DNA of 64,000 nt from Carcharhinus longimanus (GCA_030264375.1 JASCQW010000081.1:49116948-49180947); one strand, 5' to 3'. Counted from the stretch's first letter, positions 1 to 12,680 are shown. Numbers and translations are program-made. Notes: a model not told the origin generated them from the letters alone.

Positions 1-764
1 TTTATCAATTACAAACAAGAAACAAAACAACCATTATAACTTATAACCCTTAACAAAGATATCTAATATGTTCCAATCAAACCAAAGTCTTTGCCATAGA
101 CAAAACCATTTAAACAGGTTCAATACAGCAAAGTCTACTGCTCACGTGATAATGGGAACTGAGTACTTTGGTTGGAATCTGCAGTTCTCCGGATTCAATC
201 TGAACAGTTTGAAGACAAGGCAGCTTCCCAAAACACCAGAGAAACTCTGGTCCAGTCCCCAACAATAGCAGATTTTCACTCTTCAGGAAAATAAGAAGAA
301 AATGTACATTCCACAGAACTGAGGTGCCCCACCATCCCTCTATTTATTAGACTATTTACTAAATTAAGAGGACTAAACATAATACTTAAGTCAAGACTCA
401 CCTGCTGCAGGATCGATTAGCATCTACTTGATTTGATTTCATCACTATCAATGTCCTAATTTCTTGCTATTCTCTAAGTAATAAGTATGGAATTCACTAC
501 TGCAATGAGCAAAATACATGAGGGAGAAAGAAATAGAAAGATTTGTTGATAGGGTTAGATGAAGTAAGCGGGACGAGGTTCATGTGGACCATGAACACCA
601 GAAAGACCTGCTAGGCCAAATGATCTGCTGCAAAATCCTATTTAATTTTATACAATATAAATGGCACTACTTTATTGATGTTGTCCTGGAGTTGCTTAAC
701 ATCTATCAATTGAGCACCCATTCCTAGAATAAATGTCCTGAAAATAAACAAAAAGATAATGGAT

Positions 765-890
765 AAAAGCAAACGACTACAGATGCTGGAATCTGAAACC
801 AAAAGAGAAAATGCTGGAAAATCTTAGCAGGTCTGGCAGCATCTGTAAGGAAAGAGCTGATGTTGAGTCCAGGTGACCCTTTGTCAAAGC
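765..890 (-). mobile_element. Fragment of a second, older PLE-like terminal repeat family
   Basis: cagatgctggaatctgaaacc...aaatgctggaaaatcttagcaggtctggcagcatctg motif; related copies at ~4620-4790, ~7580-7645 and ~57515-57625. Confidence 0.5.
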
Positions 891-1102
891 CCCCCAAAAA
901 AATGGAAATGCTAGATTGGCAAACAACATTATGCATGTAATACATGAACCATTACAATGACTATCTATGTAACTATCAACAGCAGAGAGACTGAAAACCT
1001 ATNNNNNNNNNNNNNNNNNNNNNNNNNNNNNNNNNNNNNNNNNNNNNNNNNNNNNNNNNNNNNNNNNNNNNNNNNNNNNNNNNNNNNNNNNNNNNNNNNN
1101 NN

Positions 1103-1228
1103 TCGAGCACTGCCTCTCTAGTAACAATGATCTCATTCAGGCCCTCCACTCCTACCATCTTTCCATCGTTAACACCTGGGAAACTATTCGCGTCCTCCTC
1201 CGCGAAGACAGGAGTAGGGGATTGCATG
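1103..1228 (-). mobile_element. CR1 LINE ORF2 fragment
   Basis: VFAEED...LNEIIVTREAVL resembles the CR1 region just upstream of the RT domain. Confidence 0.6.
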
Positions 1229-4138
1229 GGCCATCAGCTGTTGTATAAACATTAAGCATATGGTTTTCCCCCAAATTAATCAAGCATGGATTAATGCCCA
1301 GGATATTTATGAGGATGCTGAGTGGGGAACATTGACAACAAAAAACTTTAGTGCAAATGATCTAAACTAACATGGTCAAATAATTCTGCGTTACAAAAGA
1401 TGTCTTAATGCATGTAAGTTGGGGCACAGTATAAATGTCACATTCTTTTCTGCTAACATGCCATCATTTAGCTGCTTCCTTCACTGGGTAAGTTTGCATT
1501 TTTTGATGACAAATTGAAGAGTCCAGCTTTATCTGCCATCATCCTGTTTTGTTGGTAGATGTAACCAAGCATGAAGACCAAGTCAACAATGTTTTTAAAA
1601 CAGGCTTGGATGCTGAAGTCATCTATCCCCTACACAATAAATAAAACAGAAGCAATTCAGTCATTTAGTACTAACAAGGATTAACTCATTTAACCCTTCA
1701 TAATCATCAAATCCGAGGACAAAAGCTCTAGCAGGTTACATTATGGAACAGATATTTGAATCAGAGGTCATAAGGCAACTAACTAACTCTTGAACAGTGG
1801 CTTATCTATGCATGTGAAGATCAACATTTCCGAAATTCATCGCCTTCTTCCATACCATCCAAATATAAAGCAGGGGGAAGGAGTAAGCCACTCCAAACAA
1901 TAGCAAGCAATATATCCGTGAGATGCGCTTTGTTCACTGAAGCCAGGGCATTGACTCATTGAACAGGAATCCCAATAGACAAGCAGTCTTTGTATGGTAG
2001 GGTTGAAAAGAGTCCAGCTGAACTAGCTGCCTTGCTCGAAATGAAAAAAGATTGGCCATTTTGCTGGGCCAGTGTTTGTTTTTAACATCATTTGTTGCTA
2101 CATCAAGCACTCTCTCTTTACGATGTCCAAGAATGCATTTGTACAAGTGCCAGACGTCTGAGCGCGAGCACTCGATACAAAGGTCAAAGACAGCAACTCG
2201 GAGAATGGCAAATGGAGTAATGGTTAAGAAAAGAGTTAATAAAGCAAAATAAGCCCTCCACACGCCAACAATAAAACATATCTGGCTCTGCGCTCTCAGC
2301 TGTATAGCAAAGCAGACCATTATGCAAACCATTCCAAGAACACATAATTACAACCTGTTTCTCTGTGTACAGTGCAGGAATGTTCATTCATGTGCAAATT
2401 TCATATTCTTTCATTATATTAATCACTATGCTTGTTCCCCCTTTAGCTTCTGCCACTTAATGATCAGGCACATCAAAACTCCACATGTGGTGGGAGTATC
2501 ATATGTGAGAGGAGAACCTGATGTTCTCATTAAGCTGATGATCTGAGTACTGTATGCTTTCTGTTAGGTTCACTCGTTGGAGAAGGGGGGAAAGCTGCAG
2601 AGGCAGCACTAACCTGGAACAGAGCGAGTGAAAGGCATCTATTAAATTACAGGCCTTCTCCTTTCAAAAGGACCCTGACTTACTACACTTATTTTGCTCT
2701 TCATAGAAAATAGGAGGTGTGAAATATTTTAAGCCACATTTATACTATAGTGTTGCAGCATTAGCTGCATTGTCACAGCAAGCGAACAACAGTCACATTC
2801 TGGCTTGCTTGCACTGATAATAAATTGGGTAAGGCAGAGTTCAAAACTCAAAAGCATGCATTGTATCCACCATCACTTCCAGTATTTATGGCTCATCTGC
2901 TCTGATAATTGAAATAAATCAGTGACTCACAGCGGCCTTATCAGCAGTAATCGAACAGCAAACACGGATTAAATCAGAGCTGACTGAAGCATAGACAGAT
3001 TGTGTCTTTTGATTTTGAGGGATTCACCATGAATTTATGAAAACATTAAATTTACCAACATTACCAACTTCTTCAGGATTGTGCCTTCAGCCTTCCTACT
3101 TTGAAAAATCCTGCCTCCCCTTCCCATATTTACCCATGATACCTTATGCACTTCATAAAGTTGACTGTCAATTTGAGCTTAGTGTTTTATGATGGCAGGC
3201 CAGTGAACCTCACTAGTAAAGCCATTCTTTTCATTACAATACTCTGTTACTACAATTGCTCATTTCTGTAGTCAGAGTACACTTTGCTTACTTCATTAGA
3301 TCAATGTTTGCAATGCTAAAAGTGGTCAGGAACTTAGCCTCTTTTTTATATAAGAATGCCTCTATGGATAAGACTTTTTTACTTCCTTTTTTACTTCCAA
3401 CATTAATGCTAGCAGATAGATTCATTGACAACCCTTCAGTGTCTCATCCATATGGTTAGGCTTCACACACAAAAAGATTCACAGCTCAGAAAGGAGACCA
3501 TTCAGCCCATTATGTGCATGGTGGGTGAAACAAAGTTTGGGGTAGAATCTAGGAATTCAGTTGTTTAAGAAATGTGTATAACATTTTAAGCATTATTGTT
3601 TAAAATGTAGAATGAGAGGAATATGACATCTTTCCATTCCACCATTTGACTGAGTTCATCTGAAAGCAAAGATTTTAAAGCCATCTCCAACCACAAGTGC
3701 AAAGAACAAAATGGCAATAAATGCTGTAGCAAAATCTTACACATGGCACAGACTTTACTTCCTCTGTCATGATTTTACAATTGTGTTTTTAGATGATAGG
3801 ATGTAAAATCTCAAAGCCCACACAGATACGATGGGCCGAATGGCTTCCTTCACGCTGTAACCATTCTGTGCTTCTATGATGTAAACATATCTAGTGAGGC
3901 GAGCCTACCATAAACCACCATTATTTTGCAATCTTGTCCATTTGCTGACCCTCAGCTTTTCTCTCTCCATGGCCCACCATGGCTACATCCCTCCACACCC
4001 ACACAACCCTGTTCAACAGCTGAAAAAGCCTTCCTTCTNNNNNNNNNNNNNNNNNNNNNNNNNNNNNNNNNNNNNNNNNNNNNNNNNNNNNNNNNNNNNN
4101 NNNNNNNNNNNNNNNNNNNNNNNNNNNNNNNNNNNNNN

Positions 4139-4258
4139 TTGTCCCTAAGAGGACCAATTTTCCCTCTAACCACTCTCTTGCTCCTAATATAAGAGTAAAA
4201 TGCCTTTGGATTTTCTTTAATCCTATCAGCCAAAGCCATTTCATGCCCTCTTTTCGCC
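4139..4258 (-). mobile_element. CR1 LINE ORF2 fragment
   Basis: HEMALADRIKENPKAFYSYIRSKRVVRGKIGPLRD, the typical CR1 tether motif. Confidence 0.8.
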
Positions 4259-4619
4259 CTGCAGCAGGAAACACGTCCATGACCTGCTGGCCTGCACCAC
4301 TCAGCCAGATGGCACTTCCCCATGTGGCACCCCACTGTCAGCTGTACCAACTCGCCTTTCCTTTGCCAAACTTATCACTTCCCATCCAAGAGTGCTGAAG
4401 GCAGAAAAACTGAAAAGCAAAGTTCGGCAAGAAGAGAAAGATAAAGAGAGATCAGGAAAAAAAAATGAGAGAAAGAAGCAAATTAGAATTCAGATAATTA
4501 CACAGACAAAATAGTGTAATGTAATGAAAAGAAAGGTTTTACTAGTGGGGTTCAGTGGTAAGAGACAGAATCATCAGCAATACCTCGGGTGAGCCAATAA
4601 GAATAAGTAAGACACTTAA

Positions 4620-4790
4620 TTAGGAAATGCTGGAAATACTCTGCAGGTCAGACAACAGCTCAAGATCATCATCGACCTAAAAACATTAGCTCAATTTCTC
4701 TTCACAGATGGTGCCCGACCCTCTGACTACTTCGAGCACTTTCTAAGTTTATTTTGCCTTTCCAGCATTCACTATATTTGGCTTTTGTAT
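4620..4790. mobile_element. Degenerate inverted copy of the second PLE-like family
   Basis: aaatgctggaaatactctgcaggtcag arm facing cagatggtgcccgacc...ttccagcattc; decayed hammerhead-like tcatcgacctaaaaacattagct. Confidence 0.4.
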
Positions 4791-5814
4791 CATGAGTGCG
4801 CCACTGGTTAAATGCTGAAATCCCAACTGACATCAGGGTTGGAGTTGATGAGAGTGTGGAGTTTGGTGCTACTGGGCTAGGTAAAAATGGGGGTGGAAAG
4901 AGAAAGTTGGCCAGGGCTCACCAGTGCAGGGTGTTATTCAGTAACTCTAGGCGGAAGGTCCAAGTTTACATGGACAACAGCTGGGGCGAGGTTCAGAACC
5001 AGCTATGCTGCTATTGACTCACTCATAAAACATGATGGCCTGGACAAGATACTGGAACAGGAGAGGAAAAAGAAACAAAAGACCCTATATTTCTGATGTA
5101 ATTATGTGTCTTATTAGAGTGAACACATTGCAGTAGAACAGACTGTAATAAGCACTAAAGTCTAACAGAACCAAGGAGGTAGATCAGAGAGATAAGACCA
5201 TATTTCCTCTTATCAAACTAATCCCAGCTCCATCTGAGTGACGTTCTTGATTTAATAAACCATTCTAGCAGTACAAGGACCCTTTATGTGATTCTGATAT
5301 CTTTTTCAGACCATGGCAAAAACAGAATAGATTCCCATCTGTTTTAACATTGCAGTGTTGTCAGGACTTTTTTTTAAACTGGCAAGCCAGAAATTCTGGA
5401 ATACAAACAGCAGGCAGCATAAAGGAATAATTAAGATAGTGATGAAAATGTGCATCCATGTAAACTTTGCAACAAAGATACTCTCAGACAGATTAAGGGG
5501 ACTGGTGATGGGGTGAATTAGAATGTCATCGGGGACTGCAGTTGGAATGCAGCTCAGGCTAAAACAAATAAAAGTCTTTCACTTGACTGCAAGTGTCCTA
5601 CAGGAAATAGATTTGGAACAGGCTCAACCCAATTCTGAGTAAATGTTATTCCACAGCACAAAACCTCCCACAGTTATGCACTGAATTGGCAATCTCAGTC
5701 AGACGCTCTCAGATCACAAAAATGGTGCAGGAAATGGAAAAACATCCCACTGATTCAGTCCAGAATGCTTTTCCACTTTACAGGTTAAAGTCCAATACTG
5801 GCTTGGCTGTCATC

Positions 5815-6207
5815 TTTGGCTCTGGTAACACTCACCCACTGATTCAGATCACCATAGGTTGAAGAAAGTCCAGAAACAGAATTTACTGTTCAATGCAGCA
5901 CTGAAGGAGCACTGCACGGTTGGAGGGTCTGTTCAACATTAAACTGAGGCCCTGTGAACTCTCTCAGGTGGGCAGAAAAAGACTAGGTAGTATTTAAATT
6001 GCAGCAGGGTAATATTCCCAGGTGCCTCGACTAACATTTATCCCTCAACCATGATCACGATCACCTAGTTATTTAGCTGCTTGTGGGTCTGCTGGCTGCA
6101 AGTTGGCTCTTGCACTTCTTACTTCAGTGACTACAAGTGCGTTACTTCATCAGCTGTGAAGCACTTTGAGGTGTTCAAATGTATTAAATAAACACAAGAT
6201 TTTTCTT
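5815..6207 (+). mobile_element. DeuSINE/SacSINE1-like SINE (diverged)
   Basis: tRNA-like head, central ttaaactgaggcc...ctctcaggtgg...atttatccctcaacc domain and L2-like tail; matches copies at 39586 and 47335. Confidence 0.65.
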
Positions 6208-6461
6208 TACACTGGGTATGATGTTCTGTACCTGATCTGGAATTGTTCAATTCTATTGCTGAATATCTAAAATAACAAACTGTTTCTAACATCCCTCAAG
6301 CACAAAGTATAAAACATACATCCCTTTACTCACCCCTCTACATTCAGTGGGCTGGAGCTAACAATTATAAATATGAATGAACAGAAACAGGAGTTTGGAT
6401 TGATTAACTTCTGACTGAGAATATCTCATGGTGTGCAACATGCCTGGTTTACTCCTGCACA

Positions 6462-6671
6462 GTAAGAAGTCTCACAACACCAGGTTACAATTCAACAGGT
6501 TTATTTGGTAGCACAAGTCACAAGTTTTCGGAGCACTGCTCCTTCATCAGGTGGAGCAGCGCTCCAAAAGCTTGTGATTTGTGTTACCAACTAAACCTGT
6601 TGGACTTTAATCTGGTGTCGTGAGGCTTCTTATTGCGCTTACCCCAGTCCAACGCCGGCATCTCCACATCA
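6462..6671. mobile_element. Penelope-like (PLE)-derived inverted-repeat element, copy 1
   Basis: Two ~90 bp inverted arms (gtaagaagtctcacaacaccaggtt...tttatttggtagcac / gtgttaccaactaaacctgttggactttaatctggtgtcgtgaggcttctta), a one-sided tail ccccagtccaacgccggcatctccacatca, and 13 bp TSD ttactcctgcaca at 6449-6461 and 6672-6684. Confidence 0.8.
6519..6553 (-). ncRNA. Minimal type I hammerhead ribozyme motif
   Basis: Minus strand reads cac-CUGAUGA-a-GGAGC agu GCUCC-GAAA-ac-uu-gug: both conserved core boxes, 5 bp stem II, cac/gug stem I. Helix III has a G>A change relative to GAAAGCU in sister copies. Confidence 0.7.
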
Positions 6672-7204
6672 TTACTCCTGCACATCCATTGAGTTTGGTT
6701 AGACAATAGGCCATCATAACAGGCATAAAAATCCAGACAGTTTACAAACCTCAGCAAATTGTGAACCCATTCAAATAGGATACCACAACTGTCAGACAAT
6801 ACACCTGAGTGTTCCACTCCAGTTACCCGCTTTTCTCAGGTTTGTAATAATCTTCAAGGAAAATCTGTCAAGTGTTGCACATCAAGCGTAAGATTCACAC
6901 TTCATCAAATTCTCACATCAAAGTGCTGCAACCTCACACCAGTCAACTGCACTGACCAGTTTATTTATTTTAAATACTGCATTTATATTACCAAATTCCA
7001 TCAATTAAAATTAATGTTCTGAAGCTTCTAATACCTGAAATCTAAGCCAAGTTCCACCAGAGAACCATCACTGCACACACTGCACTGCAGATGAGGGGCA
7101 CACATTGGCACTGATACCTGTCGGGAAGTGGAGTTCTGAGCAGTTACAATGCAGCTGTGGTGATGCCGTAGAAAACTAATAATATTGCCAAAAGGTCATT
7201 GACC

Positions 7205-7556
7205 TTTTCTTATTCTTTCATGGGTGTCGCTAGCAAAGCCAGCATTTGTTGCCCATTCCTAATTGGGTGTGAATTGAGTGGTCATTTCAAAGCATAATTA
7301 TGAGTCAATCACATTGCTGTGGGTCTGGAATCACATGTAGGTCAAATCAGGCAAGCTTTCCTTCCATAAAGGATATTTGTGAACTAGATAGATCTTTTTG
7401 ACAGTCGATGATAGTCTCATGGTTAGTGTCAGTGAGATCAGTTTTACAGTCCAGATTTATTAAATGAATTTAAATTCACCCAGCTCATGGGATTTGAACC
7501 CATGTCTCCCTGACCTTTAGGCTGGATTTCTGGATTGCTCATCCACTATGCCACCA
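7205..7556 (-). mobile_element. tRNA-derived SINE whose tail matches the LINE 3' end at 62305
   Basis: Head ggtggcatagtgg...gggttcaaatccc on the minus strand; tail gggcaacaaatgctggc...atgaaagaataa, also seen at 37400-37540. Confidence 0.6.
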
Positions 7557-8589
7557 TTCTTTCCCCTCCCCTGCAAAATCACTCTGCTTCTCACTCCATT
7601 GATGCTGTCTGGCCTGTTAAGTATTTCCAGCATCTTCTGCATTTAACATTATAAGCCCTATCCCCAAAGGCACATGGATCTCAGGGCCTCATTCTGAAGC
7701 TGCCTGACTAAAAAGTGTTGTACAGGAGCTGAAACCAGAGTCGAAAGAAGGTTCCAGATTCCACCCCACTTCCGACCCAAGACCAGATGTGTTTTCTTTC
7801 GACTTCCAGTGACTCCAATGCTTCAAAAACCACTCTTCCTGTGTACACAAATAAACACTTCTGGAAATGTGCCCATTCTCCTGACTGCTTTACATTTTGC
7901 ATTATTGGCCATGACTGCAGTAACATAAGGGAACCAACAAATATCCGATACAGCAAGCTGCAGAAAGACCAGCAGCAGTATAATACTATTTCCAGCAAAT
8001 ATGGATTTACCCAGTTTTTATAATATCTGCATTTATACAAGGTTTTCCAAGGCTACCAGGCATCTCAGAATGCTTTACAGCCAATGAAGTACTTTTAGAA
8101 CTGTAGTCACTATTATAAAGGGGAAAACACAGCAGCCAACATACTCACAGCAAGATCCCACAAACAGCTATTTTGCCTTGGGTTCAGAGAGTACATGGGG
8201 TTAGTTTAGAGGTTGCCTTCTACCCTAAGAATCCTACCATAGACTTATTTGTAAAAAACATTCTTATTTATTTACAGATCTACATACATCTCAGTATCTG
8301 CACAGACACAATGGGCTGAATGGCTTCTCTGTGTGCCATTCCTATAGTATTCTACACAACATTGTACNNNNNNNNNNNNNNNNNNNCCTGCTATCTCAGC
8401 AATCAGTCTGATAAACCTTTTCTGTAGTCCCTATGGACCAAGAACATCCTTCATCAGATAAGGAAACCAAAACTTCACACAATATTCCAAGTGTGGCCTC
8501 ACCCAGGTCTCATTGCATATTCCCCCCTCCTAATTTATGGCCATCTGCCTTCCCTTTTTTGCTACCAAAGTGGATAATCTCATATTTTG

Positions 8590-9095
8590 GTCCTGGCCAA
8601 CATTTATGCTTCAATCACTTCATTGAAAAAGATTATCTAGTCATTATTACTTTGCAGTTTGTGGGATCTAGCTGTGTGCAAATTAGCTGCTGCATTTCCT
8701 ACATTAAAAAAATGATACTCCAAAAATCTTTAACTGGTTGGGACAGCATGGTGGTTAGCACTGCTGCCTCATAATTCCAGGGATCTGAGTTCAATTCTGG
8801 CTTTGAGTGATTGTGTAGATTTTCCATGTTCTCCTAATGTCTGTGTGAGTTTCCTTTGTGTGTTCCAGTTTCCTCCCATAGTTCAAAGATGTGCAAGGTA
8901 GATGGACTGGCCAAGGGAAATGTGTGTGTGGGATTGCAGGCATAGGGTGAGGGAAGAGGGCCTGGGTAAGATATTCTATCAGACAGACAATGAGCCGAAT
9001 AGCCTCTTCGGTACTGTAGTGATTTTATGATTATAAAAGGTTTGAGACATCAGTAGTTGTGAAAAGCTCCATTAAAAACAAGTTTGTCTTTTTTT
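8590..9095 (+). mobile_element. DeuSINE 3' half interrupted by an HE1-type V-SINE (8740-9031)
   Basis: gattatctagtcattatt...caaattagctgc, then HE1 head gtggttagcactgctgcctca...gattttatga, then the DeuSINE tail resumes. Confidence 0.7.
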
Positions 9096-9339
9096 TAAAG
9101 TCCCCTTGCGTTAATCTGTCCCCATCTTTCTTCATTCCCTCCACTGCATCAAAGAGGAGCAAGGTTACAAGGACTGGTCCTAATGTTAGCCTATTTGAAG
9201 ATGTGAATGGTGCAACGCAAATTCATTACTTCTCCCCCTTAACTAAGCCTCAGCAGGGGCAGTGACAGAGTCACTACAAATGCTCTTACCATCTCTGACT
9301 GGGGACAAGTGAGGGGGGATTAAATTGCTAAATGGTGAC

Positions 9340-9856
9340 TTAATTTGATTTATTATCGTCACATATATTACTATACAGTGAGAAGTATTGTTTCTTGAGC
9401 ACTATACAGACAAAGCATATTGTACATAGAGAAGGAAAGGGCAGAGTGCAGAATGTAATGTTACGGTCATAGCTCGGATGTAGAAAAAGATCAACTTAAT
9501 GTAAGTCCGTTCAAGAGTCTGATGCCAGCAGGAAAGAAGCTGTTCTTGAGTCAGTTGTCACATGACCTCAGACTTTTGTATCTTTTTCCGACGGAAGAAG
9601 GTGGAAGAGAGAATGTCCGGAGTGCGCGGGGTCCTTGGATTGTGTTGGCTGCTTTTCTGAGGCAGTAGGAAATGTAGACAGAGTAAATGGATGGGAGGCT
9701 GGTTTGCATAATGGATTGGGCTACTTTCACAAATCTTTGTAGCTTATTGTGATCTTGGACGGAGCAAGACCATACCTAGTGTGATACAACCAGAAAGAAT
9801 GCTTTCTATGGTGCATCTGTAAAAGTTGGTGAGAGTCGTAGCTGACATGCCAAATT
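9340..9856 (-). mobile_element. Rex1/Babar-like LINE 3' end
   Basis: Minus strand encodes an HSLFHLLPS..RYKSLRS...LKNSFFPA-like C-terminus and ends in an (atcaa)n-type tail; same family as 59772-60232. Confidence 0.75.
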
Positions 9857-11079
9857 NNNNNNNNNNNNNNNNNNNNNNNNNNNNNNNNNNNNNNNNNNNN
9901 NNNNNNNNNNNNNNNNNNNNNNNNNNNNNNNNNNNNNNNNNNNNNNNNNNNNNNNNNNNNNNNNNNNNNNNNNNNNNNNNNNNNNNNNNNNNNNNNNNNN
10001 NNNNNNNNNNNNNNNNNNNNNNNNNNNNNNNNNNNNNNNNNNNNNNNNNNNNNNNNNNNNNNNNNNNNNNNNNNNNNNNNNNNNNNNNNNNNNNNNNNNN
10101 NNNNNNNNNNNNNNNNNNNNNNNNNNNNNNNNNNNNNNNNNNNNNNNNNNNNNNNNNNNNNNNNNNNNNNNNNNNNNNNNNNNNNNNNNNNNNNNNNNNN
10201 NNNNNNNNNNNNNNNNNNNNNNNNNNNNNNNNNNNNNNNNNNNNNNNNNNNNNNNNNNNNNNNNNNNNNNNNNNNNNNNNNNNNNNNNNNNNNNNNNNNN
10301 NNNNNNNNNNNNNNNNNNNNNNNNNNNNNNNNNNNNNNNNNNNNNNNNNNNNNNNNNNNNNNNNNNNNNNNNNNNNNNNNNNNNNNNNNNNNNNNNNNNN
10401 NNNNNNNNNNNNNNNNNNNNNNNNNNNNNNNNNNNNNNNNNNNNNNNNNNNNNNNNNNNNNNNNNNNNNNNNNNNNNNNNNNNNNNNNNNNNNNNNNNNN
10501 NNNNNNNNNNNNNNNNNNNNNNNNNNNCTGTCAGCTTAAATTGAAATCTGCTTGCTTAGTATTTCTTTCCTGACCCAGGAGTTGGGGGGAGGGGGGGTTG
10601 GTGGTGGTTGTGCAGAGCAGGCGGTGGGAGCGAGGGGAGGAAGAGAGCCTCCACCCTACACCACCACTCCACCCCCACCCCCTCATCCAGCCGTCTTTCC
10701 CATCATGTGGTGACACATGGGTTTTAACTTAATGAACAGAGCTGCTAACCTTTGTGACCTGAAACCCTCCCCCATTCCAGAGGAAAAACAAATTCGCTTA
10801 GACCCTGGTGATTCGCAGCTCATATTCTGGTTTGGGAATCTCAGCTTTAATTTGCAAGAGTAAAAGGTGCTGGTTTCGGGCTCGTCACAAGATAATGGTT
10901 GGTGATCTGACCGGGTGAAGGAGCGAACACTGAGCGTTGCAATTCCACACTCCCCCGTCCCCAAATAATAATGGTTTTTTGGCGGACTCCATCACTTTCC
11001 ATGAGTTTAAAATAGCAGAAATGCACTGTGTTAGCCTGTACTGTGACCTCTCTGATTTTCACTCCTCTTCATGAGGAGA

Positions 11080-11430
11080 CTCATGCTGGGACACTGCTCC
11101 ACAAGCACTGGTTGCTTTCTGCACCTCTCAGCCAAGCAGCCATTCTTTGTCGACTTGCCTGGATAGTGAGTGTTGGCAGGCAGTGGGGGAGGGTGTGGGT
11201 GGGGGGCATCACAGCCTAGCCCAATCTTCTCCTCACCCATCTGCCACTGATGTGCATTTTCTGACAGGAGGTCCTGGATATTGAGCAGGATCCTGGCTGG
11301 TTAGTACTTTTCTCCTGCCCTTAGTGCCTGGGGAGTACTGTAGCCAAATGTCACCCCCTCACCACCAGCCCAGCTCAGATAAGCTAATTCAGCGCAGACC
11401 ACAAATGAGGAAAAAAGAACCCTTTAGCTC
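11080..11430 (-). mobile_element. Ancient dispersed SINE-like repeat (family not verified)
   Basis: Shares ggtctgcgctgaattagcttatctgag...aggattgggct..gctgtgatgccc motifs with copies at 15530, 36460, 38560, 46320, 47860 and 55140. Confidence 0.55.
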
Positions 11431-12194
11431 TGTATGGCTAAATGGAACATCAAGTAGTGTGTTTAACACACAGAGGTAGAAAAGTGATACTAACCATTTA
11501 TAAATATTTAAAAAGGGGCAATCTCCTTCATCAATAAATCTTTCATAGTTCCTCCCACGTTTTCCACTGCAGTAAGGTACAGGAATGGTTGCTGCGTGCT
11601 CTCCCACACAGTTACAGAACTTCTTTTAAAATGGGTATGCAATGGGACTCAGATTATGCTGAGAAACAAGGGCACTCTGTGTTCCTGCCAGGCCAATGCG
11701 CAAATCACACTACCTGTACAGAGTACAGTATAGTTGAGTGCACTTGATTTAAAAAAAATTGCAATGACTGTGAAGAAGTTTATGCTTTGGTTTAGATCAG
11801 GGCTCCAGCCACTTTGTGGCGATTTGTTCAGCCGGATTAATCAGCTCTGCAACTGAGATTCATTTTCAGGCAAAAAATCAAAATGATTCCCTTTCTGGAA
11901 GCAGCCGAGTTGTGAAATTTCTGACCGACCCATTAGTGGCTTTGAATGAGGCAATAGTCTTCTCTCTTTCTAGCGTATAAATAAAGCCACAGCAAGGAGA
12001 ACTTGACATCTCCCTCATGATCCCTGCTTTGTTAGATGGTCAATTACTTTCTAAGTGCTGCTCCTTCTTCAGTTGTGATAGCTGCAGGAGGAGGTAGTGA
12101 CTGTGGGGGCCTGTCTCCTAACTCTCCACTGTACAAGAATCACCCCACCCTGGTAATCATCACCACATCTTTGCTTGTGCCTCCTCAGAATCAT

Positions 12195-12435
12195 TACCTT
12201 CTTCTGTCGGGAAAAAAGTCTGAGGTCATGTACCAACCGACTCAGGAACAGCTTCTTCCCTGCTGCCATCAGACTCCTGAATGGACCTACCTCGCATTAA
12301 GTTGATCTTTCTCTACACCCTAGCTGTGACAGTAACACAATATTCTGTAGTGTCTCCTTTCCTTCTCTATGAATGCTATGCTTTGTTTGTATAGCATGCA
12401 AGAAACAGTACTTTTCACTATGTTAATATATGATA
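12195..12435 (+). mobile_element. Rex1/Babar-like LINE 3' fragment
   Basis: ccttcttctgtcgggaaaaaagtctgaggtc...cagcttcttccctgctgccatcagact, the reverse complement of the 9340 copy. Confidence 0.7.
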
Positions 12436-12477
12436 ATTTTGCAGTAACTTCATTGCGGTGTTAATGTAAACTTTAAT

Positions 12478-12680
12478 ATGCAGGTTAGATGGATTGACCA
12501 TGCTAAATTGCCCCTTAGTGTCCAAAGAAGTCCAAAGGTTAGTGGGTGGGGTAAGTGTATGGGGTAACTATATAGGGTAAATAGGGCAGGGAATAAATCT
12601 GGTCAGATGCCCTGTCAGAGAGTTGGTGCAGACTTAATGGGCCGAATGGCCGTCCTGTACTGTAAGGATTCTATGGTTCA
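12478..12680 (+). mobile_element. HE1-type SINE 3' half
   Basis: gtggattgaccatgctaaattgccc-like core and tail atgggccgaatggcc...gattctatg. Confidence 0.7.

Noticed and set aside
1-380. Possible LTR fragment at the window start (and at ~21430-21850)
   Set aside because: Only a compositional impression; no partner repeat, PBS or PPT visible.
1934-2332. 132 aa minus-strand ORF with a hydrophobic stretch and possible acceptor at ~2300
   Set aside because: No recognisable homology, no ATG start or clear donor, and no phase link to the leader exon; cannot be supported as coding.
6462-6671. Interpretation as a classical MITE/DNA transposon
   Set aside because: Variable 13-15 bp TSDs, an asymmetric tail, variable arm lengths and hammerhead motifs fit Penelope-like retroelements better.
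7708-7838. Minus-strand acceptor-like site followed by short open frames
   Set aside because: No homology and no donor; unsupported.
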